Below the pieces are notes generated by a model. The model was not told the DNA's origin. It saw only the letters and a program-made list of their open reading frames with translations, and searched no databases. Positions 63,628 to 64,000 of a DNA stretch of 64,000 nt are shown in pieces (positions within the stretch are counted from its first letter, which is position 1; each line of letters opens with the position of its first letter). The stretch covers positions 224,001-288,000 of the forward strand of contig CAXXUA010000005.1 of NCBI GenBank assembly GCA_963663765.2. Direction: 5' to 3'. Position numbers and translations under genes: made by a program. Origin of the DNA: Candidatus Poribacteria bacterium. GTDB lineage: Bacteria > Poribacteria > WGA-4E > WGA-3G.

Positions 63628-64000
63628 ATGATAGGAACAACAAATGTCTACACCATTTTGCTGATTATGGTTCTCATTTTGAGTTCTTGTGCAACATCAG
63701 TGAACCAACAAAACCCACCAAGCGATATTGAAGTCTTAAGTTCTTTTGAAAACACCATTGCCCAAGTTGTAGATCAAAGTATGCCTGCTGTCGTTAGTCT
63801 CACCCTAACAAAAGAAGAGAAAAAGGATAACAAGACTGTCAAAACATCAGGAGGCGGTTCTGGTTTTATTTTTCATAAGGATGGATATATCCTAACAAAT
63901 GAACACGTCGTGAAAGACGCTTTAAGTATTAGAGTAAGGATGTCTGATGACACAACACATAACGCACAATTGATTGGAGCCGATCCGAATACGGATGTCG
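63628..64000 (+). CDS. HtrA/DegP-like trypsin serine protease lipoprotein (partial, runs off the window)
   Basis: Not in the ORF track. ATG 63628; lipobox LSSC; MPAVVS; GGGSGFIFHKDGYILTNEHVV; AQLIGADPNTDV. Confidence 0.9.
   Translation, partial: MIGTTNVYTILLIMVLILSSCATSVNQQNPPSDIEVLSSFENTIAQVVDQSMPAVVSLTLTKEEKKDNKTVKTSGGGSGFIFHKDGYILTNEHVVKDALSIRVRMSDDTTHNAQLIGADPNTDV

Overview
Chromosomal window of an AT-rich (about 40% GC by eye) diderm bacterium, most likely Candidatus Poribacteria. That assignment is an inference from four PhyH-family dioxygenases, tandem secreted LamG proteins, C-type-lectin proteins, a sulfatase with its maturase, and a recurring C-terminal 'P.GKL.TTW..IK' tail. Housekeeping blocks are infC-rpmI-rplT-pheS-pheT-ubiE, a TPP-riboswitch thiamine operon (thiX, thiY fusion, thiO, thiS, [HEPN-MNT], thiG), purB, katG, hisZ-hisG-hisS, iscS and a partial htrA. 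Accessory content comprises two orphan DNA methyltransferases within or beside the sulfatase cluster, two HEPN/MNT loci, a TonB-dependent receptor cluster and three pseudogenes. Signals the ORF track misses: a Phe-specifier T-box before pheS; a His leader-peptide attenuator before hisZ; a probable AUA start for infC; a 223-bp MITE with 16-bp TIRs and a 6-bp target duplication inside a LamG gene; nested, modular inverted-repeat intergenic cassettes that share parts across the window; and a perfect 30-bp palindrome. I saw no rRNA, tRNA, CRISPR array or transposase.
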